Part shown: in pieces, positions 12,578 through 24,492 of the stretch
How the letters are laid out: each line of letters starts with the position of its first letter
Numbering within the stretch: the first letter of the stretch is position 1
Assembly: GCF_055900595.2 (NCBI RefSeq)
Contig: NZ_CM148325.1
Strand: one strand, 5' to 3'
Length of the DNA stretch: 64,000 bases
Position numbers and translations under genes: made by a program
The notes under the pieces: generated by a model
The model's input: only the letters and a program-made list of their open reading frames with translations
Databases searched by the model: none
Told to the model about the DNA's origin: nothing

Positions 12578-13663
12578 ATGAAGACGTTTCCTTTGCAAAG
12601 CCTGACGCTTATTGAAGCGCAGCAAAAGCAGTTTGCGTTGGTGGATACGATTTGCCGCCATTTTCCCGGCGCGGAGTTTCTTACCCGCGGGGATTCAGGC
12701 TTAACGCCGGGCCTGAATCAACCGCGCATTACTCAGCGTGTGGAGCAGGTGCTGGCTGATGCGTTTCATGCGCCAGCGGCGGCGCTGGTGCAGGGCGCGG
12801 GTACTGGAGCAATTCGCGTCGGGCTGGCAGCTTTGCTCAAATCGGGGCAGCGTCTTCTGGTGCATGACGCGCCTGTTTACCCGACGACTCAGGTCATTAT
12901 TGAACAGATGGGGCTGACGCTTATTACTGCTGATTTTAATGACCTGTCGGCACTGAAGCAGGTCGTCGACGAGCAACAACCAGATGCCGCGCTGGTGCAG
13001 CATACGCGCCAGCAGCCGCAGGACAGCTATGTACTGGCAGATGTGCTGGCAACGCTGCGCGCAGCAGGTGTTCCAGCCTTAACCGATGACAACTATGCGG
13101 TGATGAAGGTGGCGCGCATTGGCTGTGAATGCGGGGCGAATGTCTCGACATTTTCCTGCTTCAAGCTGTTTGGGCCAGAGGGTGTTGGCGCGGTGGTAGG
13201 CGATGCTGATGTTATTAACCGGATCCGCGCCACGCTCTATTCCGGAGGCAGTCAGATCCAGGGCGCACAGGCGCTGGAAGTATTGCGTGGTCTGGTGTTT
13301 GCGCCAGTGATGCACGCGGTGCAGGCGGGGGTATCTGAACGGTTGCTGGCCTTGCTCAACGGTGGCGCGGTGGCGGAAGTTAAAAGCGCCGTTATTGCTA
13401 ATGCGCAGTCGAAGGTGTTGATTGTCGAGTTTCATCAGCCGATTGCCGCCAGAGTGCTGGAAGAGGCGCAAAAGCGCGGTGCCTTGCCTTACCCGGTGGG
13501 TGCAGAGTCGAAATATGAAATCCCGCCGCTCTTTTATCGACTTTCCGGAACGTTTCGTCAGGCGAATCCGCAATTAGAACATTGTGCAATTCGCATTAAC
13601 CCGAATCGCAGCGGTGATGAGACGGTATTGCGGATTTTGCGCGAGAGTATTGCCAGCGTTTAA
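12578..13663 (+). CDS. yhfS: putative PLP-dependent enzyme (fold type I-like), function unknown
   Basis: 361-aa ORF; candidate PLP lysine in SCFKLFG; last gene of cluster. Confidence 0.75.
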   Translation: MKTFPLQSLTLIEAQQKQFALVDTICRHFPGAEFLTRGDSGLTPGLNQPRITQRVEQVLADAFHAPAAALVQGAGTGAIRVGLAALLKSGQRLLVHDAPVYPTTQVIIEQMGLTLITADFNDLSALKQVVDEQQPDAALVQHTRQQPQDSYVLADVLATLRAAGVPALTDDNYAVMKVARIGCECGANVSTFSCFKLFGPEGVGAVVGDADVINRIRATLYSGGSQIQGAQALEVLRGLVFAPVMHAVQAGVSERLLALLNGGAVAEVKSAVIANAQSKVLIVEFHQPIAARVLEEAQKRGALPYPVGAESKYEIPPLFYRLSGTFRQANPQLEHCAIRINPNRSGDETVLRILRESIASV

Positions 13664-13767
13664 TTCTGGGAACGATGTTTTCGCAGAGTATGGAGAAAAA
13701 TACGCCCTCGGAAAATTCAGAGGGCGTTAGCTCATTAAACCGGCGTTAGCCGATTTCTGTCAGAGAC

Positions 13768-13935
13768 TTACTGTGCAGTAGGACCGCAACCGCCAATGAT
13801 TTTAGAAATAGAAATTGCCGGGTGCAGCAGGTAGTCGTAAGAGCAGTTCTTATCACGGTTTTCAATATGACCAGTACATGCAGTTAACGTAGCCAGTACT
13901 GCACCTACCAGTGCAACTTTAATAAATTTGTTCAT
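13768..13935 (-). CDS. yhfL: small lipoprotein (55 aa; signal peptide plus lipobox LTAC)
   Basis: Hand-translated minus-strand ORF MNKFIKVALVGAVLATLTACTGHIENRDKNCSYDYLLHPAISISKIIGGCGPTAQ; absent from ORF track because under 60 aa. Confidence 0.7.
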   Translation of the reverse strand: MNKFIKVALVGAVLATLTACTGHIENRDKNCSYDYLLHPAISISKIIGGCGPTAQ

Positions 13936-14129
13936 TTACATTCCCTATGTATTATATATTGATTAATATTCATTGATTATATGAATATAAGCGGACTGCT
14001 CATAAAGAACGATACAGGAATATTTAATTGGCGTCAGTGAGTGAATGACTTAATTTTGTAAGTCGCTGTAACGGTGAATATAATCCATTAGCAAATGATA
14101 TTTATTAAGAGGGTATGCTTTATTTGCTG

Positions 14130-14173
14130 AATATATAAAAAGAGTGATAAAGAGGGCCAGAATTATCTGGCCC
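14130..14173 (-). terminator. stem-loop downstream of cysG (possible terminator of nirBDC-cysG)
   Basis: GGGCCAG-ataatt-CTGGCCC hairpin 9 nt past the cysG stop, followed by a T-rich stretch on the minus strand. Confidence 0.45.
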
Positions 14174-14181
14174 GGGTAAAA

Positions 14182-15555
14182 TTAATGGTTAGAGAACCAG
14201 TTCAATTTATCGCGCAGGCCAACGACCCGACCAATAATAATTAATGAGGGACTGTTCATTTGCTGCGCCAGCTCGCCCAGTTGCGTGAGCGTACCGTCAA
14301 TCACGCGTTGCGTTACCGCCGTACCGTTTTCGACAATCGCCACCGGCATTTCGCAAGGCATTCCGTGTTCAATCAGTTTTTGCTGAATGGTCGCGGCCTG
14401 ATTAAGCCCCATATAGAACACCAGCGTCTGTTTTTCGGCTGCCAGGTTTTCCCAGTCCAGCTCGCCACCGGTTTTTAAGTGTCCGGTAATTAAGCGTACG
14501 CTCTGAGCATAATCGCGATGCGTGAGCGGAATGCCCGAATAGGCAGAGCAACCAGAAGCTGCGGTAATACCTGGAACCACCGAGAACGGAATGCCTGCAT
14601 TGCACAGTGTTTCCAGCTCTTCGCCACCACGGCCAAAAATAAACGGATCGCCGCCTTTCAGCCGCACCACGCGTTTGCCTTTTTGCGCTTCCCGCAGCAG
14701 GATCTGGTTAATCTCTTCCTGCGGTACGCAGTGATACCCCGCGCGTTTACCGACGAAGACACGATCCGCATCGCGGCGTACCAGATTCATAATATCGTCA
14801 GAAACCAGACGGTCGTAGACCACCACATCTGCCTGCTGAATTTGTTGCAGTCCTTTTAGTGTCAGCAGACCGGCATCGCCCGGACCTGCGCCAACCAGCA
14901 CCACTTCACCGCGATGATCGAGCGGTTCATTGATTAACTGTTCGGTCGTTTCGGTAATGGCTTTCTGATCGTTGTTCGCCAGCGACTGCGCCAGGCGATC
15001 ATTAACGAACAGTTTTTCCCAGAAACGGCGACGTTCACCCATCGTGGCGAACTGTTGTTTGACCCGACCGCGTAACTGCCCTGCATATTTTGCCACCTGG
15101 CCGAGATGCAGCGGCAGCAGTGATTCAAGTTTTTCGCGTAACAGTCGCGCCAGGACCGGAGAGGTACCGCCAGAGGAGACCGCGACCATGAGCGGTGAGC
15201 GGTCGATAATCGACGGCATAATAAAGCTGGCGGCTTTCGGCGCATCGACCACGTTACAGAAGATACGACGAGATTCGGCGGCTTCGCTGACGCGCTGATT
15301 AAGCGCGTCATCATCCGTCGCCGCAATTGCCAGCCAGCAGGTGTCGAGAAGGCTTTCATCAAATGGCCCTTCGACGAGGGTTAACATGCCTGCATCTGCC
15401 CATGCGGTGAACTGTGGAATAAACGCTAATGCATTCACCGTTAAGCGAGCACCTGCGTCTAACAGCAACCTTGCTTTGCGTTCCGCGACATCACCACCGC
15501 CGACAATCAAACAGTCGCGGTCGCGTAATTGGCAAAATATAGGCAAATGATCCAC
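14182..15555 (-). CDS. cysG: siroheme synthase (uroporphyrinogen-III methyltransferase / precorrin-2 dehydrogenase / ferrochelatase)
   Basis: 457-aa ORF with N-terminal NAD-binding GGGDVA motif and C-terminal methylase domain; follows nirC. Confidence 0.95.
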   Translation of the reverse strand: MDHLPIFCQLRDRDCLIVGGGDVAERKARLLLDAGARLTVNALAFIPQFTAWADAGMLTLVEGPFDESLLDTCWLAIAATDDDALNQRVSEAAESRRIFCNVVDAPKAASFIMPSIIDRSPLMVAVSSGGTSPVLARLLREKLESLLPLHLGQVAKYAGQLRGRVKQQFATMGERRRFWEKLFVNDRLAQSLANNDQKAITETTEQLINEPLDHRGEVVLVGAGPGDAGLLTLKGLQQIQQADVVVYDRLVSDDIMNLVRRDADRVFVGKRAGYHCVPQEEINQILLREAQKGKRVVRLKGGDPFIFGRGGEELETLCNAGIPFSVVPGITAASGCSAYSGIPLTHRDYAQSVRLITGHLKTGGELDWENLAAEKQTLVFYMGLNQAATIQQKLIEHGMPCEMPVAIVENGTAVTQRVIDGTLTQLGELAQQMNSPSLIIIGRVVGLRDKLNWFSNH

Positions 15556-15573
15556 GTAAAAACCCCTTAATAA

Positions 15574-16380
15574 TTAACCGGCAGCCGTTTCAGTTTGATT
15601 AAATTTGTCCGCAACCGGACGATTAGCTTTCGGCGTAGCATACCAATAACCCAATCCCATGAATACGGCACCCGATAAAGTATTACCCAGCGTCACCCAC
15701 AGCAGGTTATGACCAATACCCGCCAGCGTGTAGGCTTCGCTGTGGTTGCCGAACCATGAGAGCGCGAACAGCGTCATGTTAGCGATGGAGTGCTCGTAAC
15801 CGGACGCAATAAACGCCAGCAGACACCACCAGATTGCGATAAATTTCGCCGCGCCTTCAGTACGCAGTGCCATCCAGATTGCCAGACAAACCAGCCAGTT
15901 ACACAATGCGCCTTTGAAGAACAGTACCATTGCCGGTGCAGTGGTCTTTGCCAGCGCGACGGAGTGAACAATACTGGTATCTACTGGCAAAAGGCTACCA
16001 CCGCCCCAGCTATAAAGCATGGCAACAAAGACGGAACCGACCAGGTTACCCAGCCAGGTTTGCGGCAGGATTGCCCACATTTGCCCGTGGCTAATGGTGC
16101 CCGCTTTCACCCCAAAGGTGAGGAACATGGTGTGTCCAGTGAACAGTTCAGAACCGGCGATAATCACCAGCGTTAAGGCGATACCAAAGGTCGCGCCCAT
16201 CACCAGAGGACGAACAGATGGATCGAGCAGGTTACCGAGCGTGAAAATCAGGATGATCCCCAGCCCCACATACGCGCCCGCCATCGCGGAGCTTACCCAG
16301 AAGCCGAGCGGGTTATTTGCCGACAGGCGTGCAATGCGCGCAGCGTTAGCCGCACACTTATTAATAGTGTCTGTAAACAT
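15574..16380 (-). CDS. nirC: nitrite transporter (formate/nitrite transporter family)
   Basis: 268-aa hydrophobic ORF; operon position after nirD. Confidence 0.9.
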   Translation of the reverse strand: MFTDTINKCAANAARIARLSANNPLGFWVSSAMAGAYVGLGIILIFTLGNLLDPSVRPLVMGATFGIALTLVIIAGSELFTGHTMFLTFGVKAGTISHGQMWAILPQTWLGNLVGSVFVAMLYSWGGGSLLPVDTSIVHSVALAKTTAPAMVLFFKGALCNWLVCLAIWMALRTEGAAKFIAIWWCLLAFIASGYEHSIANMTLFALSWFGNHSEAYTLAGIGHNLLWVTLGNTLSGAVFMGLGYWYATPKANRPVADKFNQTETAAG

Positions 16381-16506
16381 TTGATTATCCTTTAAAAAAT
16401 AAAAACAAAAAATAAAACAAAAAGTTTAAAAAATGTCCTGCAATATACTTAAGGTCATTACAGGACAATGCAAAAAGGGGAGGCATTGCGCCTCCCGTTA
16501 AAACAA

Positions 16507-16833
16507 TTAACCGCGTAGCTGTACCACGCCGTCTTTCACTCGTGCCTCGTAATGCTTGACGGAAAACTGTTCATCTTCCATGCATAAACCGTCGCTTAAG
16601 CGAAAACGCTGTTTTTTCAGCGGACTGGCGACCCACAGCTCGCCCTGGTGTTCCGCAATCAGCCCGCGTGACAGCACGCTGGATTCGAAGAACGGATCGA
16701 TGTTGCTGATCGCAAACACCTGGTCGCTGTGATACGGGCGGAAAATCGCTACCTGCTCGTCACCTAACAGCGCGCAGACGCCGGTTTCAGGCAGGATGTC
16801 ATCAATTTTGCAGATGTCTTTCCACTGGCTCAT
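16507..16833 (-). CDS. nirD: nitrite reductase (NADH) small subunit
   Basis: 108-aa ORF overlapping nirB stop by 4 nt. Confidence 0.9.
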   Translation of the reverse strand: MSQWKDICKIDDILPETGVCALLGDEQVAIFRPYHSDQVFAISNIDPFFESSVLSRGLIAEHQGELWVASPLKKQRFRLSDGLCMEDEQFSVKHYEARVKDGVVQLRG

Positions 16834-19373
16834 GCGTTGTCCTCCACCAGAGTTACCGGGATACGTTCATACGGCGTTGCCGGACGGTGCTGTTCGCGCT
16901 CTGGCACCATCTGCACGTTCGGGTCACGCTTATCGCTGTTGATGAAGTGTTTGAAGCGAGTCTGCGCAGACGGCGTATTGACCGTTTCAGTCCACTCACA
17001 CACTACCGCTTCACGCAGGCGCGCCATCTCTTCTTCCAGATGTGCGTTCAGCCCCAGCTTGTCGTCAATGATCACCGCTTTCAGGTAATCAATGCCGCCT
17101 TCGAGGTTTTCTAACCACGGTGCGGTACGCGTCAGTTTGTCGGCAGTACGGATGTAGAACATCATGAAGCGGTCAAGATATTTGATCAGCGTTTCGCGAT
17201 CGATATCCGCTGCCAGCAGATCCGCATGACGCGGTTTCATGCCGCCGTTACCGCACACATACAGGTTCCAGCCTTTTTCAGTGGCGATAATACCCACATC
17301 TTTACCCTGAGCTTCTGAACATTCACGGGTACAGCCGGAGACACCGAACTTCATTTTGTGCGGCGTACGGATGCCTTTGTAGCGGTTTTCCAGTTCCACG
17401 CCGAGGCCGACGCTGTCGCCAACGCCGTAGCGGCACCAGGTGCTACCCACGCAGGTTTTCGCCATACGCAGTGCTTTCGCATACGCATGACCGGTTTCGA
17501 AACCTGCTTCAATCAGCTGACGCCAGATCTCCGGCAGATCGTCTTTCTGTGCGCCAAACATCGCCAGACGCTGGGAGCCGGTGATTTTGGTGTAGAGATT
17601 AAATTCACGCGCGATACGACCCACTGCCATCAGCCCTTCTGGGGTGATTTCACCACCCGGAGAACGCGGGATCACCGAGTAGGTGCCGTCTTTCTGGATG
17701 TTCGCGAGGAAGTTGTCGTTAGAATCCTGCAGCGGAGTATGTTCCGGCTTCAGAATGTATTCGTTCCAGCAGGAGGCCAGCAGCGAACCGACGGTCGGTT
17801 TACAAACCTCACAACCGTAGCCTTTACCGTGTTTCGCCAGCAGTTCTTCGAAGGTTTTAATGCCTTCAACGCGGATCAAATGGAACAGTTCCTGACGCGA
17901 ATAAGCAAAGTGTTCGCACAGGTTATTGTTAACTTCGATACCCTGTTTTGCCAGTTCCGCGTTCAGTACCTGAGTGACCAGCGGGATACAGCCACCGCAG
18001 CCAGTACCCGCTTTGGTTTCGGCTTTCAGCGCCGCAACGGTGTGGCAGCCTTTGTTGATGGCAGCAATCAGATCGCCTTTGGTGACGTCGAAGCAGGAGC
18101 AGATTTGCGCGCTGTCCGGCAGTTTATCAACACCGATAGACGGCTTGCCGCTACCTGAGTGCGCCGGCAGGATCAGGGAATCCGGGTTTTCCGGCAGTTC
18201 GATTGCATTCAGCACCAGTTGCAGCAGGTTACCGTAGTCGCTGGTATCACCCACCAGTACTGCACCGAGCAGGGTTTTGTTGTCTTCGCTGACAATCAGG
18301 CGTTTGTAGATCTCTTTACTTTCGTCGAGGTAAACGTAGCTACGTGCGCCAGGCGTGCGACCGTGAGCATCACCAATACCGCCTACGTCTACGCCCAGCA
18401 GTTTCAGCTTGGCGCTAAGGTCAGCACCTTCAAAGGCGTTTTCGCTACCGAGAATATGGTCAACGGCGACCTGCGCCATTTTGTAGCCAGGTGCTACCAG
18501 ACCAAATACACGGTTGTTCCAGCTTGCGCATTCACCGATGGCGTAGATATCTGGATCGGAAGTCTGGCAGGAATCATTTATGACGATACCCCCACGCGGA
18601 GCAACGTCCAGACCACACTGGGTTGCCAGCTTATCGCGCGGACGGATACCGGTAGAGAAGACGATAAAGTCGACTTCCAGTTCGCTGCCGTCGGCAAAAC
18701 GCATGGTTTTACGCGCTTCGACACCTTCCTGCACAATCTCAAGAGTGTTTTTGCTGGTGTGAACGCGTACACCCATGCTTTCGATTTTGCGACGCAATTG
18801 CTCGCCGCCCATCTGATCAAGCTGTTCCGCCATCAGCATAGGGGCAAATTCGATAACGTGGGTTTCAATGCCTAAGTTTTTCAGCGCGCCAGCGGCTTCC
18901 AGACCTAACAGGCCGCCGCCAACAACGGCACCGCGCTTACTGCGACGGGCGCAGGATTCAATGGCGTTGAGGTCTTCAATGGTGCGATAGACAAAGCAGT
19001 CCTGAGTATCAGAACCTTTGATTGGCGGGATCCACGGATAGGAACCGGTCGCCATGATCAGCTTGTCATAAAAAACGGTACGTCCGGCGCTGGAGTGAAT
19101 CACCTTCTCCTGACGGTTGATGGTGATAGCGCGTTCGCCGACCAGAACTTTGATACCGTGTTTCTCGTAGAAGCCTTCGCGCACCAGCGACAGCTCTTCG
19201 GCGGTGTGGTGAGAGAAGTAAGACGAGAGGTGTACGCGGTCATAAGCGATGCGCGGTTCTTCACAGAAAACGGTAATATCAAAGTTGGCCGCATCAGATT
19301 TATCAAGAAGATCTTCGATAAAGCGATGGCCGACCATACCGTTACCGATAATTGCGAGTCTGACTTTGCTCAT
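16830..19373 (-). CDS. nirB: nitrite reductase (NADH) large subunit
   Basis: 847-aa ORF with N-terminal FAD/NAD-binding GxGxxG (IIGNGMVG). Confidence 0.95.
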   Translation of the reverse strand: MSKVRLAIIGNGMVGHRFIEDLLDKSDAANFDITVFCEEPRIAYDRVHLSSYFSHHTAEELSLVREGFYEKHGIKVLVGERAITINRQEKVIHSSAGRTVFYDKLIMATGSYPWIPPIKGSDTQDCFVYRTIEDLNAIESCARRSKRGAVVGGGLLGLEAAGALKNLGIETHVIEFAPMLMAEQLDQMGGEQLRRKIESMGVRVHTSKNTLEIVQEGVEARKTMRFADGSELEVDFIVFSTGIRPRDKLATQCGLDVAPRGGIVINDSCQTSDPDIYAIGECASWNNRVFGLVAPGYKMAQVAVDHILGSENAFEGADLSAKLKLLGVDVGGIGDAHGRTPGARSYVYLDESKEIYKRLIVSEDNKTLLGAVLVGDTSDYGNLLQLVLNAIELPENPDSLILPAHSGSGKPSIGVDKLPDSAQICSCFDVTKGDLIAAINKGCHTVAALKAETKAGTGCGGCIPLVTQVLNAELAKQGIEVNNNLCEHFAYSRQELFHLIRVEGIKTFEELLAKHGKGYGCEVCKPTVGSLLASCWNEYILKPEHTPLQDSNDNFLANIQKDGTYSVIPRSPGGEITPEGLMAVGRIAREFNLYTKITGSQRLAMFGAQKDDLPEIWRQLIEAGFETGHAYAKALRMAKTCVGSTWCRYGVGDSVGLGVELENRYKGIRTPHKMKFGVSGCTRECSEAQGKDVGIIATEKGWNLYVCGNGGMKPRHADLLAADIDRETLIKYLDRFMMFYIRTADKLTRTAPWLENLEGGIDYLKAVIIDDKLGLNAHLEEEMARLREAVVCEWTETVNTPSAQTRFKHFINSDKRDPNVQMVPEREQHRPATPYERIPVTLVEDNA

Positions 19374-19431
19374 TTTTGCCTCGATTTCTTTTCTATTACC
19401 GCTTACCTTAACGATTCAGCAACCCCGCTTA

Positions 19432-19445
19432 TTGATGTAAATCAA
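19432..19445 (-). promoter_or_regulatory. FNR box TTGAT-N4-ATCAA in the nirB promoter
   Basis: TTGATGTAAATCAA found about 59-72 nt upstream of the nirB start codon; matches the known FNR-activated nir promoter. Confidence 0.8.
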
Positions 19446-19458
19446 ATTCACCTTTATA

Positions 19459-19474
19459 TACTCCTTAAGGGGTA
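19459..19474 (-). promoter_or_regulatory. NarL/NarP 7-2-7 site (TACCCCT-TA-AGGAGTA) upstream of the FNR box
   Basis: Inverted heptamer pair centred 28 bp upstream of the FNR box centre. Confidence 0.7.
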
Positions 19475-19634
19475 TATTGCTGATTTGTATAAATTTTCTT
19501 AAGTCACGGAATTGTCTGACATTTCATTCGTGTGCAAAAAATAGACAAAATGAAAGGGTTTATAGAAATAGACGTACGTAGCGGGGTAAGTGAGGAAAAG
19601 GCCGGACGACGATAGCGCCGCCCGGCATGAGCAA

Positions 19635-20816
19635 TTAATGAGAGGTCAGGGTGTTATGCTGACGGTGACGGCTGACGAAACCTAACAGGAAGCACATCAC
19701 AAAGACGACAGCGTACAGACCGTTTGCCGTCAGCAGCGCCGCCTTTGGACCGCTATGTTCAACAATCGGGCCGGTAACGACAAAGGTCAGCATGGTACCG
19801 ATGGTCCCGCAGGTCAGGACAAAGTTAACCAGTTTTGGTGACGGTACTTTGGTTTGCTGTGAACCCAGGGTGATGATGGTGGTATAGATCGCGCTGGAGA
19901 AGAAGCCCAGGGCGAGAATTGACCACGCCATATGTGCCGGTGTTCCGGTGTTAAAGACGTACATCAGAATCGCAGCCAGACCGGCCAGTACGGTCAGAAT
20001 ACGTTGCAAATCAAAGAAGCGAAGAATAAAGCTGAACGCCCACATGCCGACCATATATGACATCCAGAAGTTACTCACCAGCGTACCTGCGTCGTTCAGG
20101 CTCATGCCCAGGCCTTTGGCATACTCTGGTACCCAGGAGATAAAACCTAACTGACCGAGGATGTAGCACAGCGCTGCAATTGAGAGAAACAGTACGCCGA
20201 TGCCCCATTTTTCTTTCGCTACTGGAGCATCCGTTTTTGGCGCATGTTTGCCCAGTGCCGGAAACTCACAGCCGAAGGTCAGAATAAAAATAGCGACGTA
20301 AACCAGCCCGATGCAGGCATAAACCCAGTACCACTCAATGCTGCGCGCCAGCAGAAACGCGGCGATCATTGGGAAAATCATCCCTGCCATACTGAAGAAG
20401 GAGTCGGTAAATAACAGGCGAGAACCGCGCTGACGCCCTTCATACATTTGTGTTATCAGGAATGTACCAATCGACATGGTGATGCCGCTGACCACCCCGA
20501 GAATGAACATCGCTGCCGAGAAAAGCGCCAGGCTATGGCTGAACATCAAACCGGCAACCGCCAGCACCATCAGGAGAAAGCCAAAACGTAACTGCGTTTT
20601 CAACGGGACGATTTCCATCAGCCAGGCATTGAGGAAGATAGAGATTAAAATGCCAGCATTGAGGAAGGTGAAGGTGTTACTCATACTGGAAACAGGCAGA
20701 TTGAAATAATCGGCGATATTTCCCATCACCATCCCGGTGACAATAACCAACGCACCCGTCAGTGCGTAGGAGAGAAAGCTAATCCATGTGAGCTTGATGC
20801 GATTGCTGTTAGTCAT
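19635..20816 (-). CDS. tsgA: MFS-type membrane transporter
   Basis: 393-aa hydrophobic ORF; divergent from ppiA. Confidence 0.85.
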   Translation of the reverse strand: MTNSNRIKLTWISFLSYALTGALVIVTGMVMGNIADYFNLPVSSMSNTFTFLNAGILISIFLNAWLMEIVPLKTQLRFGFLLMVLAVAGLMFSHSLALFSAAMFILGVVSGITMSIGTFLITQMYEGRQRGSRLLFTDSFFSMAGMIFPMIAAFLLARSIEWYWVYACIGLVYVAIFILTFGCEFPALGKHAPKTDAPVAKEKWGIGVLFLSIAALCYILGQLGFISWVPEYAKGLGMSLNDAGTLVSNFWMSYMVGMWAFSFILRFFDLQRILTVLAGLAAILMYVFNTGTPAHMAWSILALGFFSSAIYTTIITLGSQQTKVPSPKLVNFVLTCGTIGTMLTFVVTGPIVEHSGPKAALLTANGLYAVVFVMCFLLGFVSRHRQHNTLTSH

Positions 20817-20878
20817 GATTGGCCTGCGTTCAAAAATAAAATGGCATAGCGGGATATGCCGCGAGCGGGCGATTTTAG

Positions 20879-20952
20879 GTGATTTTGTGATCTGTTTAAA
20901 TGTTTTATTGCAATCGGTTGCTAAATTGCATTTTAAGGGTGATTTTGATCAC
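20879..20952. promoter_or_regulatory. tsgA/ppiA divergent control region with two CRP-like GTGATTTTG motifs
   Basis: GTGATTTTGTGATC at 20879-20892 and palindromic GTGATTTTGATCAC at 20939-20952; ppiA is known to be CRP/CytR controlled. Confidence 0.5.
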
Positions 20953-21076
20953 GGAATAAAAAGTGATCGTCAGGTTACATATATTTCAGATACGTAAAAT
21001 TAGGTAAAGGGATGGCCTTGTTCTTGAAGGCTATTTAGAATCTCTTCACTTGCTTTTTTTCTGCTCTGTTTGTTAA

Positions 21077-21658
<582 letters not shown>

Positions 21659-21667
21659 TGATTTCTC

Positions 21668-21689
21668 GCGCGGGCAATCTTGCCCGCGC
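21668..21689 (+). terminator. terminator hairpin after ppiA
   Basis: GCGCGGGCAA-tc-TTGCCCGCGC perfect 10-bp stem followed by T-rich sequence. Confidence 0.6.
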
Positions 21690-21762
21690 TTCTGCTCTCC
21701 CGGCGTAACCCGGATTTGCCGCTTATACTTGTGGCAAATGGACACGTTCAGGGAGGCATCAA

Positions 21763-21930
21763 GTGAAGAAACTCACCGATAAGCAAAAGTCCCGTCTCTG
21801 GGAGCTTCAGCGTAATCGTAATTTCCAGGCCAGTCGCCGTCTTGAAGGCGTCGAGATGCCTTTAGTTACTCTTACTGCCGCAGAGGCTTTAGCGCGCCTT
21901 GAAGAGCTGAGGAGGCACTATGAGCGATAA
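21763..21930 (+). CDS. yhfG: small Fic-associated protein (antitoxin-like, FicA/YhfG)
   Basis: Hand-translated 55-aa ORF from GTG ([22 protein letters not shown]...[10 protein letters not shown]), ending 11 nt inside fic; not in ORF track. Confidence 0.6.
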   Translation: MKKLTDKQKSRLWELQRNRNFQASRRLEGVEMPLVTLTAAEALARLEELRRHYER

Positions 21931-22522
21931 ATTCGGCGAAGGGCGCGATCCGTATCTTTATCCTGGCCTTGATATCATGCGTAACCGGCTGAACATCCGC
22001 CAGCAACAGCGGCTGGAACAGGCCGCTTACGAAATGACGGCGCTGCGTGCTGCGACCATTGAGCTTGGTCCGCTGGTGCGCGGTTTACCGCATTTGCGCA
22101 CTCTCCATCGCCAGCTGTATCAGGATATTTTCGACTGGGCGGGGCAACTGCGTGAAGTTGATATTTATCAGGGCGATACGCCGTTCTGCCACTTTGCTTA
22201 TATCGAAAAAGAGGGCAATGCCCTGATGCAGGATCTGGAGGAAGAAGGGTATCTGGTTGGCCTGGAGAAAACGAAGTTCGTCGAGCGGCTGGCACACTAC
22301 TATTGTGAAATCAACGTCCTGCATCCCTTCCGGGCGGGAAGTGGTCTGGCACAGCGGATCTTCTTCGAGCAACTGGCGATTCATGCTGGTTATCAACTGA
22401 GCTGGCAGGGTATCGAAAAAGAGGCCTGGAATCAGGCAAATCAGAGTGGGGCAATGGGTGATCTCACTGCGCTGCAGACGATATTTAGCAAAGTGGTAAG
22501 CGAAGCCGGGGAATCTGAGTAA
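21920..22522 (+). CDS. fic: Fic-family protein (FicT-like, toxin-like fold)
   Basis: 200-aa ORF; Fic-motif position reads [12 protein letters not shown], a degenerate form of HxFx(D/E)GNGRxxR. Confidence 0.85.
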   Translation: MSDKFGEGRDPYLYPGLDIMRNRLNIRQQQRLEQAAYEMTALRAATIELGPLVRGLPHLRTLHRQLYQDIFDWAGQLREVDIYQGDTPFCHFAYIEKEGNALMQDLEEEGYLVGLEKTKFVERLAHYYCEINVLHPFRAGSGLAQRIFFEQLAIHAGYQLSWQGIEKEAWNQANQSGAMGDLTALQTIFSKVVSEAGESE

Positions 22523-22553
22523 AATAGCGCGGTTCTTTCGTACCGGAGCCGCC

Positions 22554-23117
22554 ATGATCCTGCTTATTGATAACTACGATTCTTTCACCTGGAACCTCTA
22601 CCAGTACTTTTGTGAACTGGGGGCCGACGTGTTGGTTAAGCGCAACGATGCGTTGACGCTGGCGGATATCGACGCCCTGAAACCGCAAAAAATTGTCATC
22701 TCACCCGGCCCCTGTACGCCAGATGAAGCCGGGATCTCCCTTGACGTTATTCGTCACTATGCCGGACGCTTGCCGATTCTTGGTGTCTGCCTCGGTCATC
22801 AGGCAATGGCGCAGGCATTTGGCGGCAAAGTTGTGCGCGCCGCAAAGGTGATGCACGGCAAAACCTCGCCGATCACACATAACGGTGATGGCGTATTTAA
22901 GGGGCTGGCAGATCCACTCACCGTGACACGCTACCATTCGCTGGTGGTGGAGCCTGACTCATTACCGGAGTGCTTTGAAGTGACGGCCTGGAGCGAAACC
23001 CGCGAGATTATGGGGATTCGCCATCGCCAGTGGGATCTGGAAGGTGTGCAGTTCCATCCAGAAAGTATTCTCAGCGAACAAGGACATCAACTGCTGGCTA
23101 ATTTCCTGGAACGCTGA
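22554..23117 (+). CDS. pabA: aminodeoxychorismate synthase component II (glutamine amidotransferase)
   Basis: 187-aa ORF with class I GATase triad region (GVCLGHQ). Confidence 0.9.
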   Translation: MILLIDNYDSFTWNLYQYFCELGADVLVKRNDALTLADIDALKPQKIVISPGPCTPDEAGISLDVIRHYAGRLPILGVCLGHQAMAQAFGGKVVRAAKVMHGKTSPITHNGDGVFKGLADPLTVTRYHSLVVEPDSLPECFEVTAWSETREIMGIRHRQWDLEGVQFHPESILSEQGHQLLANFLER

Positions 23118-23187
23118 TTTCTGATTGCCATTCAGTGATTTTTTATGCATATTTTGTGATTATAATTTCACATTGAGTTATGCGTAA

Positions 23188-24423
<1,236 letters not shown>

Positions 24424-24427
24424 ATAA

Positions 24428-24492
<65 letters not shown>

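Noticed and set aside
13664-14181. Possible IS element or integrase at the junctions where frl, chiA and gsp would be
   Set aside because: No transposase-like ORF, terminal inverted repeats or att-like direct repeats are visible; the spacers hold only terminators, promoters and the small yhfL gene.
17358-18875. 266-aa and 238-aa plus-strand ORFs inside nirB
   Set aside because: Antisense to the 847-aa nirB ORF, which has clear FAD/NAD-binding and reductase motifs.
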